Origin: Candidatus Nanoarchaeia archaeon
GTDB taxonomy: Archaea > Nanobdellota > Nanobdellia > Woesearchaeales > SKGA01
Length of the DNA stretch: 51,645 bases
NCBI GenBank assembly: GCA_028691765.1
Contig: JAQUYS010000002.1
Span: 1 to 51,645, forward strand
Direction of reading: 5' to 3'
The position numbers and the translations under genes were made by a program. This document shows, piece after piece, positions 26,910 through 35,631 of the stretch. Every line of letters starts with the position of its first letter. The first letter of the stretch is position 1. The notes under the pieces were generated by a model. That model was given only the letters and a program-made list of their open reading frames with translations, was not told the origin of the DNA and ran no database searches.

Positions 26910-27003
26910 TTTACTTACCTAGAATGTTTTTAAAACACTCAAAAAAAACTTATTTTTTTGGTGCCCTGAAAATATTTGTATTTTCATGGAAATTTAAAAA
27001 AAA

Positions 27004-27645
27004 TTATTGGAATTTAGTATTCATTCGTTTTGATAATGCTTTTCTTACACCAGCTTTACTAATTACAAATACATTTATTCCATTACCTGATGCGTTATCT
27101 CTTTGTATTGCTGCTTCAACACATTCTGTTGCTAATTTGATTCCTTCTTCTTCAGACATATTTTCTTTGTATTTGTTTTCTAATATTCCGTACGCGAATG
27201 TGCTTCCAGAACCTGTTGATTTAAATTTATCTTCTTTATTTAATGACCCATCTGGGAAGATATCGTATAAATGTAAACCATAGTTATCTGCTCCTGCAAC
27301 TAAGAAATGTGCAATTCCTGGCATCATTGATGGTTGTCTTATTACAGAATAAACCCAATTTCGTAATAAATTCACACCTTCGTGTGTTGTTATTTCTCTA
27401 TTGTTTCTGATTTTAAGCATTTTTAGTTCAGATTTTAAGTATTGCATTAAGATTTGTATTGTTGATACGCTTCCTGCTGTAGTTACGGCCATTGTATCGC
27501 TAACTGGGATTACTTTGTCAACTACAGAGTCAACTATTAAATTTCCTGCTGTTGCTCTTGTATCTGCTGCTAATATTACGCAGTCTTTACAAACTATACC
27601 TATTGTTGTAGTACCTGTTTTCATTTCTTCAGTCAAATTATTCAC
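27004..27645 (-). CDS. psmB: Proteasome subunit beta
   Basis: Propeptide followed by TTTIGIVCKDCVILAADTRATAG (Thr1 nucleophile, D17, K33 context DKVIPV). Also STGSGSTFAYG. Confidence 0.92.
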   Translation of the reverse strand: MNNLTEEMKTGTTTIGIVCKDCVILAADTRATAGNLIVDSVVDKVIPVSDTMAVTTAGSVSTIQILMQYLKSELKMLKIRNNREITTHEGVNLLRNWVYSVIRQPSMMPGIAHFLVAGADNYGLHLYDIFPDGSLNKEDKFKSTGSGSTFAYGILENKYKENMSEEEGIKLATECVEAAIQRDNASGNGINVFVISKAGVRKALSKRMNTKFQ

Positions 27646-27739
27646 CTAGAATTAAGATAGTATTATAATTATGTCGTTATTTATAAATGTTGCTTTTTTG
27701 GAAAAGATTTAAAAAGACTTTATTTATTCTGTAAGATAT

Positions 27740-27824
27740 GCCTCGATCGCATAGCTCGGTATTGCGCCAGATTGCTAATCTGGTTCCTTTGGAAGCGTGA
27801 GTTCAAATCTCACTCGAGGCGCCA
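27740..27824 (+). tRNA. tRNA-Ser(GCU), class II, CCA encoded
   Basis: Folds by eye: acceptor gcctcga:tcgaggc, 3-bp D stem gca:tgc, anticodon stem ccaga:tctgg with loop ttGCTaa, long variable arm ttcc-ttt-ggaa, T arm gtgag-ttcaaat-ctcac, discriminator g, then cca. Confidence 0.9.
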
Positions 27825-27916
27825 TTATTCTTATTGGAATTAAAGTTGATATGTGAACCAAGATTTGAACATGCTCAAAAATCAAAGATTTTTGGCACCA
27901 CTCGCTTTGCTCTTGG

Positions 27917-27934
27917 AATCTCACTCGAGGTGCA
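27917..27934 (+). repeat. Partial copy of the tRNA-Ser 3' end, 93 nt downstream of the gene
   Basis: aatctcactcgaggtgca versus the tRNA 3' end aatctcactcgaggcgcca (27806-27824): 14 identical nt, then one c>t substitution and one missing c. Confidence 0.6.
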
Positions 27935-28007
27935 ATTATTTCTGGAGTCAGATTTCAAAATACAGAAGTCAATTTTTCTTTCAGAAAAAGATAATAAAAA
28001 ATAAAAA

Positions 28008-29276
28008 TTACTTAAATTCATTTGAACGATTGAATCGTTTCTTCACAAAAGGTTTATCTCCGCTTTCTCCTCTGGGTCTTGGTCTTCTTCCATCTCTAGG
28101 TGGACCTCTTCTATCTTGAGAGTGTGCGGGTCGGTTTCCGAATTTTTTTTCTTCGGGAATTTTAAGTTCTTCTATGAATGGTTTTTCTTGTTTTTTAATT
28201 TGAACATTATATTCTCTTAAAACGTTTGAAAAATATTCATAATCTTTCTGGGAAAGTAAATTGATTATTTCTCCACTCTTTCCTGCTCTTGCTGTTCTTC
28301 CAATTCTATGTATGTATTGTTTTGGATCTTGAGGTAAATCATAATTGTAAACGTGTGAAACGCTTGGTATGTCTAATCCTCTTGCGGCAACATCTGTGCA
28401 AACTAAAACGAAAGGTGTTGGTGATTTGAATTTTTGTAACACTCTTGTTCTTTGTGCTTGAGATAAACCGCCATGAATTCCTAATGCATCTATTTTTAAT
28501 GAATTTAGATTTCTTGCTACAACATCGACATATCTTCTTGAATTACAAAAAACCATAACTAATCCTGTTTTTTCTTTTTGCAATAAATGAACTAATAACG
28601 AAAATTTTAATTTAGATTGTATGTCGTAATACACTTGATTCATTTTTTTAGGATCAACTAAATTACTTATTGTTATTTTTGTTGGGCTATTCATGAATTT
28701 TTTTGATATTTGTGCGACTTCTGGCGGAATTGTTGCTGAAAATAATAGCATTTGCTTTTGTTTTGGACATCTTCCTATGATTTTATTTACGTCATCTAAA
28801 AATCCCATATCCAGCATTCTATCTGCTTCATCTAAGACTAAATATTTTACATTGGTTAAATCGATAGTATTTCTTTCTAAATGATCCAATAATCTTCCTG
28901 GTGTTCCTACAACAATTTCAGCTCTTTCTAATTCTTTAAATTGTTGATTGATTGAAACTCCACCATATATTGCATTTACTTTTAATCGAGATATTGTTCT
29001 TAAAACTCCTTGTATTTGTTCTGCAAGTTCTCTTGTCGGTGTTAAGATTAAAGCTTGTATTCCTCCTTTTGAATGGCAATTTTGCAATATTGGTGCTCCG
29101 AATGCGATTGTTTTTCCTGATCCAGTTGCACTTCCAACTATTACATCTTTTCCTTCTAAAACTAGAGGTATTGTCTTTTCCTGTACGTCTGTAGGTTCTT
29201 CAAAACCTAATTTGTTTATGTGGTCTAACATTTCTTTATTTAGACCTAGTTCTATAAATTGTTTCATTTTATTCAC
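28008..29276 (-). CDS. DEAD-box ATP-dependent RNA helicase with an Arg/Gly/Pro-rich C-terminal tail
   Basis: Q motif region, motif I GSATGSGKT, PTRELA, VLDEADRM (DEAD), SAT, HRIGRTARAG. The tail is RPAHSQDRRGPPRDGRRPRPRGESG. Confidence 0.92.
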   Translation of the reverse strand: MNKMKQFIELGLNKEMLDHINKLGFEEPTDVQEKTIPLVLEGKDVIVGSATGSGKTIAFGAPILQNCHSKGGIQALILTPTRELAEQIQGVLRTISRLKVNAIYGGVSINQQFKELERAEIVVGTPGRLLDHLERNTIDLTNVKYLVLDEADRMLDMGFLDDVNKIIGRCPKQKQMLLFSATIPPEVAQISKKFMNSPTKITISNLVDPKKMNQVYYDIQSKLKFSLLVHLLQKEKTGLVMVFCNSRRYVDVVARNLNSLKIDALGIHGGLSQAQRTRVLQKFKSPTPFVLVCTDVAARGLDIPSVSHVYNYDLPQDPKQYIHRIGRTARAGKSGEIINLLSQKDYEYFSNVLREYNVQIKKQEKPFIEELKIPEEKKFGNRPAHSQDRRGPPRDGRRPRPRGESGDKPFVKKRFNRSNEFK

Positions 29277-29414
29277 TTGTTTAGAAATAGATAAATTTGT
29301 TAAATTGTTATTTTTAAAAAAACAAACTCCAAGGTTAATAAAACTTTATTTATTAACATCGTATTTCTTTATAAATGTAGATATTTTGTTTCCTTTATAA
29401 ACCTATGTTTTGTT

Positions 29415-29897
29415 TTATTCTATATATTCAGAAATTATTGTGATTAGTTTATCTTTGTTTTTCAAGGATTTTATTTCTTCAGCCAAATCTTTTAATTTTA
29501 AAACATCTTTAATCCATAATGAAAAATCGTTTGGAATGGAAGTTATATGGTGATTAAAAGTTGTTTCATCCATATCTTTTAGAAACGTCAATAATTCATG
29601 TATTGAACTAACTTTTGCTCCATTTTTTAATTTGAAATATAATTCTGGATGAATCGGACCATGAAGTTGTTTTTTTTCTAAGTTTTTTAATCTATCTTCA
29701 ACTTTAGATAAGTATCTTAAGAATTTTTCATTATCTTTTCTCTCTTGTTCTATTTTGTTTTTTAAGGAGTTCAGTTCAGATTCTACTTCTTTTTTTAGAT
29801 TTACTTTTACTTCGTATAAAAAGTCTTCAAACTTTTTAGAATCTGGTGTTGGTTGTTTTGATAATTTTATGAATTTCTCTTTTAAAGAATCTTCCAT
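29415..29897 (-). CDS. Hypothetical coiled-coil protein
   Basis: 160-aa ORF with a Lys/Glu-rich N-terminal half and a globular C-terminal half (SIHELLTFLKDMDETTFNHHI...). No family assigned. Confidence 0.5.
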   Translation of the reverse strand: MEDSLKEKFIKLSKQPTPDSKKFEDFLYEVKVNLKKEVESELNSLKNKIEQERKDNEKFLRYLSKVEDRLKNLEKKQLHGPIHPELYFKLKNGAKVSSIHELLTFLKDMDETTFNHHITSIPNDFSLWIKDVLKLKDLAEEIKSLKNKDKLITIISEYIE

Positions 29898-29980
29898 TTG
29901 TCTCCCCGTTGTTGATTAACTTTTTAGTCTATTTAAATATTTCGATTAAGTTTAAATAGTTTTCATTTGTACATTTTGTT

Positions 29981-30520
29981 ATGATTATTACTATTTGTGG
30001 TGATTTAGGCTCTGGAAAAAGTACTGTTGCGAAGATTTTAGCTTCTAAATTAGATTTTAAAAGAAAATCTGTCGGAGATTTCATGGGAGAACTCGCTTTG
30101 AAAAGAGGATTAAGTCTTAATGAATTGGGAGAAATAGCTAAACACGATGGTGGCGAGATAGATGCAATTTTAGATGAAGAACAAAGAAAGTTAAAAACGT
30201 CTAAAGAAAACATTATTTTTGATTCTCGTCTTGGATGGTTTTTTGTTCCTGATTCATTTAAAGTTTATTTGAAAGTGGATATTAATGTTGCAACTGAAAG
30301 AATTTTTAAAGATCATCGAGAAGATGAAAAGGAAAATGTTTCATTGGAAGAAACTAAAAAAAATATTATACTCCGAACAAATAATAATCTTGAACGATGG
30401 GACAACCATTACAAATGTGGAAGATATGATGATCCTAAACATTTTGATTTAATCATAGATACTACGAATATTTCTGCTGAAGAAGTTGCTGAAAAAATTA
30501 TTGAGAAATTAAGAATTTAA
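29981..30520 (+). CDS. cmk: Archaeal-type cytidylate (CMP) kinase
   Basis: MIITICGDLGSGKSTVAKILASKL (P-loop), SVGDFMGELALKRGLSLNELGEIA, IIFDSRLGWFF. The layout matches archaeal putative cytidylate kinases. Confidence 0.75.
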   Translation: MIITICGDLGSGKSTVAKILASKLDFKRKSVGDFMGELALKRGLSLNELGEIAKHDGGEIDAILDEEQRKLKTSKENIIFDSRLGWFFVPDSFKVYLKVDINVATERIFKDHREDEKENVSLEETKKNIILRTNNNLERWDNHYKCGRYDDPKHFDLIIDTTNISAEEVAEKIIEKLRI

Positions 30521-31015
30521 TAATTCTTTAAGTTTAGAAACAAATAAAATTGTTTTTAATTTTAAATCTTCAACTTCAGCTTTATCAAAATGTATTTTTG
30601 TTGAATAAGACGCATCTTCTCGTTTATTTTTTGTTTCAACATAGAATAAAATATCGTGATAATCCAATAAATTTGAAAATAACTTAAAGTCTTCTTTCGA
30701 TAGTTCTTTATCATAATACTCTTTTATTAAAATAACTAATGTTGCAAGGTGGTTTTTTGAAGCATATCCTTTGTATACTGTTGCTGCTAAAGCACAATGA
30801 TAACAAGCATAATAACAACCAACAACAATCCAATCGGAAAATTCAATATTTTGTTTTTGAATAAATCTTAAGTTATGTTCTGTTTTTGCTAAATGTCCTT
30901 TAATCTCTTCATCATCTATGATTTGTTTTTTTATTTTTTCAGATAATAAAAATTCCTTGAATTTTTTGTCTAAATTTTCTTTTGAAAAAAGTAAATTCAA
31001 ATCATATTCTTTCAT
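30509..31015 (-). CDS. HEPN-like domain protein (second HEPN-MNT module)
   Basis: 168 aa, helical. SDWIVVGCYYACYHCALAATVYKGYASKNHLAT and KREDASYS parallel ORF 14915..15376. It overlaps the MNT gene by 14 nt. Confidence 0.55.
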   Translation of the reverse strand: MKEYDLNLLFSKENLDKKFKEFLLSEKIKKQIIDDEEIKGHLAKTEHNLRFIQKQNIEFSDWIVVGCYYACYHCALAATVYKGYASKNHLATLVILIKEYYDKELSKEDFKLFSNLLDYHDILFYVETKNKREDASYSTKIHFDKAEVEDLKLKTILFVSKLKELLNS

Positions 31016-31682
31016 TATTTAAAACCTCATAATAATAATTCTGATTATAGACTGGATAGCCTGAAAAAATTGCAGATTGTATTACATGATCTCGTTTCAT
31101 TTTTAGTTCTTCAATAAATTCTTTATAAGTAATTTGAAATGTACTTATATTCATACTTGTTAAAGCACAAACTTCTTCTTCAGAATTTTTTGGATTTATT
31201 TTTGTATTTGTAACTAATAAAATATCGATGTCGGATTTTTGAGTAAATGTTTCTTTTGCTGTTGAACCAAATAAAATTACGAATACGGGCATTTGGGGTA
31301 AATTTTGAATGTATGTTTTTATTGCATTTTTTCTTAATAAGGGTAGAGAATTTAATTTTTTTAAATCAAATAAAGAAAATATTTGTGGGAGTTTTTCTTT
31401 GGATATTTTAAATTTTTTTAAATTTCCTTCTTTTTCAAAAATTAAAATTTTATCTTTCAACAATGTGTTTAAATGTCTTGATAAAGGACCTTCTTTTAAA
31501 TTTATTTGTCTTGAAAGCTCTCTTAAGTGTATGGATTTATTTTTATTAGCATAAAAACATTTAAATATTTTTTCATATGTTTGGTTTATTATTGTTCTCA
31601 TTTTTAAAACAATTGTTTCAAATTTTGAAACATTTATATAGTTTTCGTTTTTTGAGTAGGATTTTGAGAGTAATTTGTTCAT
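31002..31682 (-). CDS. Minimal nucleotidyltransferase (MNT) with N-terminal winged-helix domain (second module)
   Basis: ILFGSTAKETFTQKSDIDILLV (GS...DxD). The wHTH-like segment is IHLRELSRQINLKEGPLSRHLNTLLKDKIL. Confidence 0.75.
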   Translation of the reverse strand: MNKLLSKSYSKNENYINVSKFETIVLKMRTIINQTYEKIFKCFYANKNKSIHLRELSRQINLKEGPLSRHLNTLLKDKILIFEKEGNLKKFKISKEKLPQIFSLFDLKKLNSLPLLRKNAIKTYIQNLPQMPVFVILFGSTAKETFTQKSDIDILLVTNTKINPKNSEEEVCALTSMNISTFQITYKEFIEELKMKRDHVIQSAIFSGYPVYNQNYYYEVLNNERI

Positions 31683-31700
31683 AAAACTAGTTTAATAAGA

Positions 31701-31744
31701 ACTGTTATTTATAATCGAGTGAAGAATTTCCGGAAAGTTTCCGG
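31701..31744 (-). promoter_or_regulatory. Conserved promoter/operator block: TATA-like attataaata plus a TTTCCGGAAA palindrome upstream of MNT2
   Basis: actgttatttataatcgagtgaagaatttccggaaagtttccgg is 34/44 identical (ungapped) to 47416-47459. It sits at the same distance (38 vs 39 nt to the gaagaattt core) from a minus-strand start codon. Confidence 0.5.
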
Positions 31745-31751
31745 CAAAAAA

Positions 31752-33131
31752 TCAATTCTCGAAGAAGGCTTTGTAAAGTAAATATGCGCAATAAATATCT
31801 ACTTTTGAAGTAACTTCGCATGGTGAATGCATTCCCATTACACAAGGTCCTACATCTACGCAATCCATTCCATATTTGGACATAAACATTGCTATTGTTC
31901 CGCCGCCACCAATATCGATTTTTCCTAGTTCTCCTATTTGATGAGGGATTTTATTTTGAACTAAAATTTTTCTTATGAAGTTCATATATTCTGCACTTGC
32001 ATCATTTGAAGAATATTTTCCTCCTGAACCACCATATTTTTCTATTGAAACTCCTCTTCCTAAATGTGATGCATTGTCTTTATCGTGTACTTCTTTGTAT
32101 ATTGGATCCATGGCTGCAGTTACGTCTGCAGAAATTGAACGAGAATTTTCAAATAATTTTCCTGTTCCTATTTTTAGATTTGTTTTTTCTATATATTCTT
32201 GAGCGAAATTTTGTAGTATGAAACTGTCTGCACCTACGTCTCCTGCTGATCCTATTTCTTCTTTGTCTACGAAAAAAGTTATGGCTGTGTTTTTTGTTTG
32301 TTTTGTTTTTAATAATGCCATTAACGATGTGAATACGCACACTTTATCATCTTGTCCATATGCACCTATTAATGATCTGTCTAAACCTATGTCTGTGGGT
32401 TTTAATGATGGAACGAAGCTAAATTCTGCGAATCTAAAATCTTCTTCGGATACGTGGTATTGTTCTTTTAATATTTTTAAAACGTTGAGTTTTATTTGAT
32501 TTTTTGTTGCGTTTTCATTAATAGGAATGTTTCCAAAAAGTATTCTTAATTGTTCTGCTTCGACTACTTTCCTACCAACTTTCTCCATTTGGTCTCTTGC
32601 TAAATGAGGAAGTAAATCTGAGATTATAAATTTTGGTTCGTCTTCTTTTTCTCCGATACTTAAAATTATTTTTTCTTTTTTGGTGTAGACGATTCCTTGT
32701 AAGGATAATGGAAGATTAACCCAATGATATTTTTTTATTCCTCCATAATAATGTGTTTGTAATAGGGCTAATTCTGAATCTTCATATACTGGGTTTGGTT
32801 TTAGATCCAATCTTGGTGAATCAGTGTGACTTCCAATTATGTTTAATGAATCTAATTCTTCTCCAACTATTCCTGCTATGATTACTTTTTCTTTTATTAA
32901 TTTGTAAAATTTGTCTCCTTTTTTTAAGTTCTTAATTAAATGAAATTCTTTAAAATTTTGTTTTTTTAATGTTGTGAGTATGTTTTGAATGCATGCTCTT
33001 TCTGTTTTACTTTCTGAAAGAAATTTTTTGTAAGATTCTGTAAATTTAAATATTTCTTCTTTGTTTTTGAAAGAATTCCACGCAGAATTATGTTTCATCA
33101 ATAGATTGTCTTGTTTCGCCATAAAATTCAA
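31752..33131 (-). CDS. M18-family aminopeptidase (aspartyl aminopeptidase-like)
   Basis: IIGSHTDSPRLDLKPNP, YGQDDKVCV, DKEEIGS, SADVTAAMDP and MHSPCE match M18 metallopeptidase motifs. An alternative start MAKQDN lies 3 codons downstream. Confidence 0.85.
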   Translation of the reverse strand: MNFMAKQDNLLMKHNSAWNSFKNKEEIFKFTESYKKFLSESKTERACIQNILTTLKKQNFKEFHLIKNLKKGDKFYKLIKEKVIIAGIVGEELDSLNIIGSHTDSPRLDLKPNPVYEDSELALLQTHYYGGIKKYHWVNLPLSLQGIVYTKKEKIILSIGEKEDEPKFIISDLLPHLARDQMEKVGRKVVEAEQLRILFGNIPINENATKNQIKLNVLKILKEQYHVSEEDFRFAEFSFVPSLKPTDIGLDRSLIGAYGQDDKVCVFTSLMALLKTKQTKNTAITFFVDKEEIGSAGDVGADSFILQNFAQEYIEKTNLKIGTGKLFENSRSISADVTAAMDPIYKEVHDKDNASHLGRGVSIEKYGGSGGKYSSNDASAEYMNFIRKILVQNKIPHQIGELGKIDIGGGGTIAMFMSKYGMDCVDVGPCVMGMHSPCEVTSKVDIYCAYLLYKAFFEN

Positions 33132-33210
33132 ATTTCTAACAAATTTATAAAATCTTTGAAATTTGGGTTAGCAAAAGCTTTTTAAATAAAAGGGCGATTC
33201 TTGAGCTTGT

Positions 33211-33312
33211 GGACTCGTGGCCTAGCTTGGATAAGGCGACAGCCTTCTAAGACCTTATTTGGTTAACGGAGCAAGCTGTAGATCGAGGGTTCAAATCCCT
33301 CCGGGTCCGCCA
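33211..33312 (+). tRNA. tRNA-Arg(UCU) with a 24-nt canonical (37/38) intron, CCA encoded
   Basis: Acceptor ggactcg:cgggtcc, D arm gcct-agcttggata-aggc, anticodon stem acagc:gctgt with loop ctTCTa[intron 33250-33273]a, T arm gaggg-ttcaaat-ccctc, discriminator g, then cca. Confidence 0.88.
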
Positions 33313-33359
33313 TTTATGTTATTCTTTATAGTTGGATGTTATTAGATGTAGTTCTTCGT

Positions 33360-33454
33360 GACACGGAGGTAGGGAACAAAGTGAGTGTTTCTTTGGGTCC
33401 GCCACATATTCTTAGTTTTGATTTAGAAGGACACGGAGGTAGGGAACAAAGTGA
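33360..33454 (+). repeat. Two perfect 25-nt direct repeats (gacacggaggtagggaacaaagtga) flanking a 45-nt spacer that contains a copy of the tRNA-Arg 3' end
   Basis: Repeats at 33360-33384 and 33430-33454. The spacer contains gggtccgcca (33395-33404), identical to the tRNA 3' end at 33303-33312. Confidence 0.85.
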
Positions 33455-33456
33455 TT

Positions 33457-34467
33457 TTAAGACATAAAATGAGCTATTTTTTCTGTGTTTTTGAATTGTT
33501 CCAATATTATTTTTATTATTGCTGTAAGAGGTACTGCTAAGATCATTCCTCCAACACCCCATAACCAATGCCAGAAGAATAATGAAACTATTATTACTAA
33601 AGGAGACATTTTGAGAACGGAACCTTCCAACATAGGTTCTAATATGTTACCGAACACGATTTGTACTGTTGTTAAAACTATTGTTAAAGCTATGAATGGA
33701 TACCCCCAACCTGTTTCTAAAAAATAAATTAGAGCGACTAAAACTACTGCGAAAATTGAACCTATATTTGGTATGTAGTTAAATAAAAATATGATTATTG
33801 CTAAGGATACGGCAAATTCTGAATTAAAAAGATGTAATGCCAATAAACTAAATAATGCAGTTCCTAAACTTATACTTGTTTTAGTCCACAAGTATTTTCT
33901 TACACTTTCTTTGGTTTTATTTATTGTTTGAGTAATGCTTTCTTTCTTTTTTTCAGTGTATAATTTTCCTAATTTACTTCCTAATGAATTGTAGAAAGGA
34001 ACTATGAATATTAAGAATATTATTATTAACATTATTTCATACATAATTCTTCCAGTTGTTTGTAATACTGGTGTTATTAATTTATTCATATTTTGTAGAT
34101 TTATTAATTCTTCAAGTTTTATTGTTTGTCCTGTAAATTCTAATTTTGATGAAAATGATTGAGATAAAGAAGTTATTTTTGTTTGATAATCAGGAAGATG
34201 TTTTGAAATTTGGTTTGCTTCGGAAACAACTATGGATGTTAAGGATATTAAAATAACTAATAATAGCATAATTGTTATTGTGAGTATTATGTATGCAGGA
34301 ATACCTATTTTTTTGGAATATTGAACTAGGGGGGTAAATAAAACTGCCAGGATGATTGCAAATGCTAACGGTCTTAGGAATGAAGAAAAGACTTTTAATG
34401 TTATGATTACTAAAAATAAAGTAATAATTAAGCTAGAATACTCTACTAACTCAGTCTTTCTCACCAT
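33457..34467 (-). CDS. AI-2E family transporter (PerM/UPF0118-like permease), second copy
   Basis: 336-aa polytopic protein. NYIPNIGSIFAVVLVAL, GNILEPMLEGSVLKMSPLVIIVSLFFWHWLWGVGGMILAVPLTAIIKI. Confidence 0.8.
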   Translation of the reverse strand: MVRKTELVEYSSLIITLFLVIITLKVFSSFLRPLAFAIILAVLFTPLVQYSKKIGIPAYIILTITIMLLLVILISLTSIVVSEANQISKHLPDYQTKITSLSQSFSSKLEFTGQTIKLEELINLQNMNKLITPVLQTTGRIMYEIMLIIIFLIFIVPFYNSLGSKLGKLYTEKKKESITQTINKTKESVRKYLWTKTSISLGTALFSLLALHLFNSEFAVSLAIIIFLFNYIPNIGSIFAVVLVALIYFLETGWGYPFIALTIVLTTVQIVFGNILEPMLEGSVLKMSPLVIIVSLFFWHWLWGVGGMILAVPLTAIIKIILEQFKNTEKIAHFMS

Positions 34468-34550
34468 GTATTACTTGGGGAATTACTTATTTAAATAGGT
34501 TTCCACCAGAATTGGAAGAATTTAAAAAATAAACTGATTAACTTTAATTC

Positions 34551-35624
34551 ATGGATATTAAATTTGAATTTGTTAATTCACCTAAAAAATTGGATGAAGC
34601 TTGTTCTGAATTGCGAAAAGAGGATATTTTGGGTATTGATTTGGAATGTGAAAACAATCTTCATTATTATGGTGTGCGGATTGCTTTGATTCAAATTTCA
34701 AGTAAAACTAAAAATTATATTTTTGATACTATTGGTTTGTTGAATATTGATCCTTTGATTAAGATTTTTGAAAATGAAAAAATAGTTAAGATTTTTCATG
34801 ATGTTTCTTTCGATTTTCGTATGTTGACTATGCAATACAATTGTGTTCCTAAGAATGTGTATGATACTCAACTTGCTGTGGCTTTGCTTGGTTCTGCTCA
34901 AATGGGTTTGGGGGAGTTACTAGAAAAGTATTTTAGTGTTAAAAAGGAATGTAAATTTCAAATGGCTGATTGGGTTAGAAGACCTATTTCTGAAGATATG
35001 TTGGAGTATGCAATTCATGATACGTTACATTTAATTGAATTGAAGGAAATTTTAGATGAGGAGTTAAAAAAACAAGGAAAGTTAGCTTGGGCTCATGAAG
35101 AATTTAAGAACTTTGAAAAGAAGGATTGGACTTATGTTCAAGGAAGTTTTGAAGATATACGTGGAATTAAAGCTTTAAGTGATAAGGAAAGGGCGGTTGC
35201 ATTCGAGATATATAAATTAAGGGAGAAGTTGGCTGAGAAAGTTAATCGTCCTATTCATTTTGTTGTGGGAAATAAGTTGTTGTTGGAATTAGCATTACAT
35301 CCTTTGAAGACTTTAAAGCAATGGAAAGATATTAAAGGAGTTCATCCTATTGTGCGATTAAAGGCGAATGAGTTTTTGGTAGCGACTTTGAAGGGTTTGA
35401 ATAAAGAGTATAAGATTGAAGTTGAGAAACGGAAAAGATATAATCAAACTCAAATTGATATGTTTACTTCTTTGAATGAAATTAAGGAAAAATTATCTGA
35501 AAAATATAAGATTCCTTCTCATTTAATTATGAATAAAGAGCAAATGAAGAAGATTGTTTTGGAAGGGAATTATAATTGTTTATCTAATTGGCAAAGAGAA
35601 TTAGTTGAAACAATTAATAAATAA
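34551..35624 (+). CDS. RNase D-like DEDDy 3'-5' exonuclease with HRDC domain
   Basis: Exo motifs GIDLECE, FHDVSFDFRML, YAIHDTLHL, followed by the HRDC-like AVAFEIYKLREKLAEKVNRPIHFVVGNKLLLELA. Confidence 0.8.
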   Translation: MDIKFEFVNSPKKLDEACSELRKEDILGIDLECENNLHYYGVRIALIQISSKTKNYIFDTIGLLNIDPLIKIFENEKIVKIFHDVSFDFRMLTMQYNCVPKNVYDTQLAVALLGSAQMGLGELLEKYFSVKKECKFQMADWVRRPISEDMLEYAIHDTLHLIELKEILDEELKKQGKLAWAHEEFKNFEKKDWTYVQGSFEDIRGIKALSDKERAVAFEIYKLREKLAEKVNRPIHFVVGNKLLLELALHPLKTLKQWKDIKGVHPIVRLKANEFLVATLKGLNKEYKIEVEKRKRYNQTQIDMFTSLNEIKEKLSEKYKIPSHLIMNKEQMKKIVLEGNYNCLSNWQRELVETINK

Positions 35625-35631
35625 AAAATGG

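Noticed and set aside
27853-28119. 88-aa plus-strand ORF, and the idea of a second complete tRNA at 27853-27935
   Set aside because: The ORF runs through the tRNA-fragment region and is antisense to the DEAD-box helicase tail. Neither strand gives a full cloverleaf: no acceptor partner, and the atttgaa segment has no flanking T stem.
33360-33454. CRISPR array
   Set aside because: There are only two repeat copies and one spacer, and no cas genes in the 51 kb. The spacer matches the adjacent tRNA, which favours a duplication or att-scar origin. It is kept only as a low-probability alternative in the findings.
33326-33568. 80-aa minus-strand ORF across the 25-nt repeats
   Set aside because: It overlaps the repeat block and the 3' end of the AI-2E transporter gene in another frame. 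There is no coding-like pattern.
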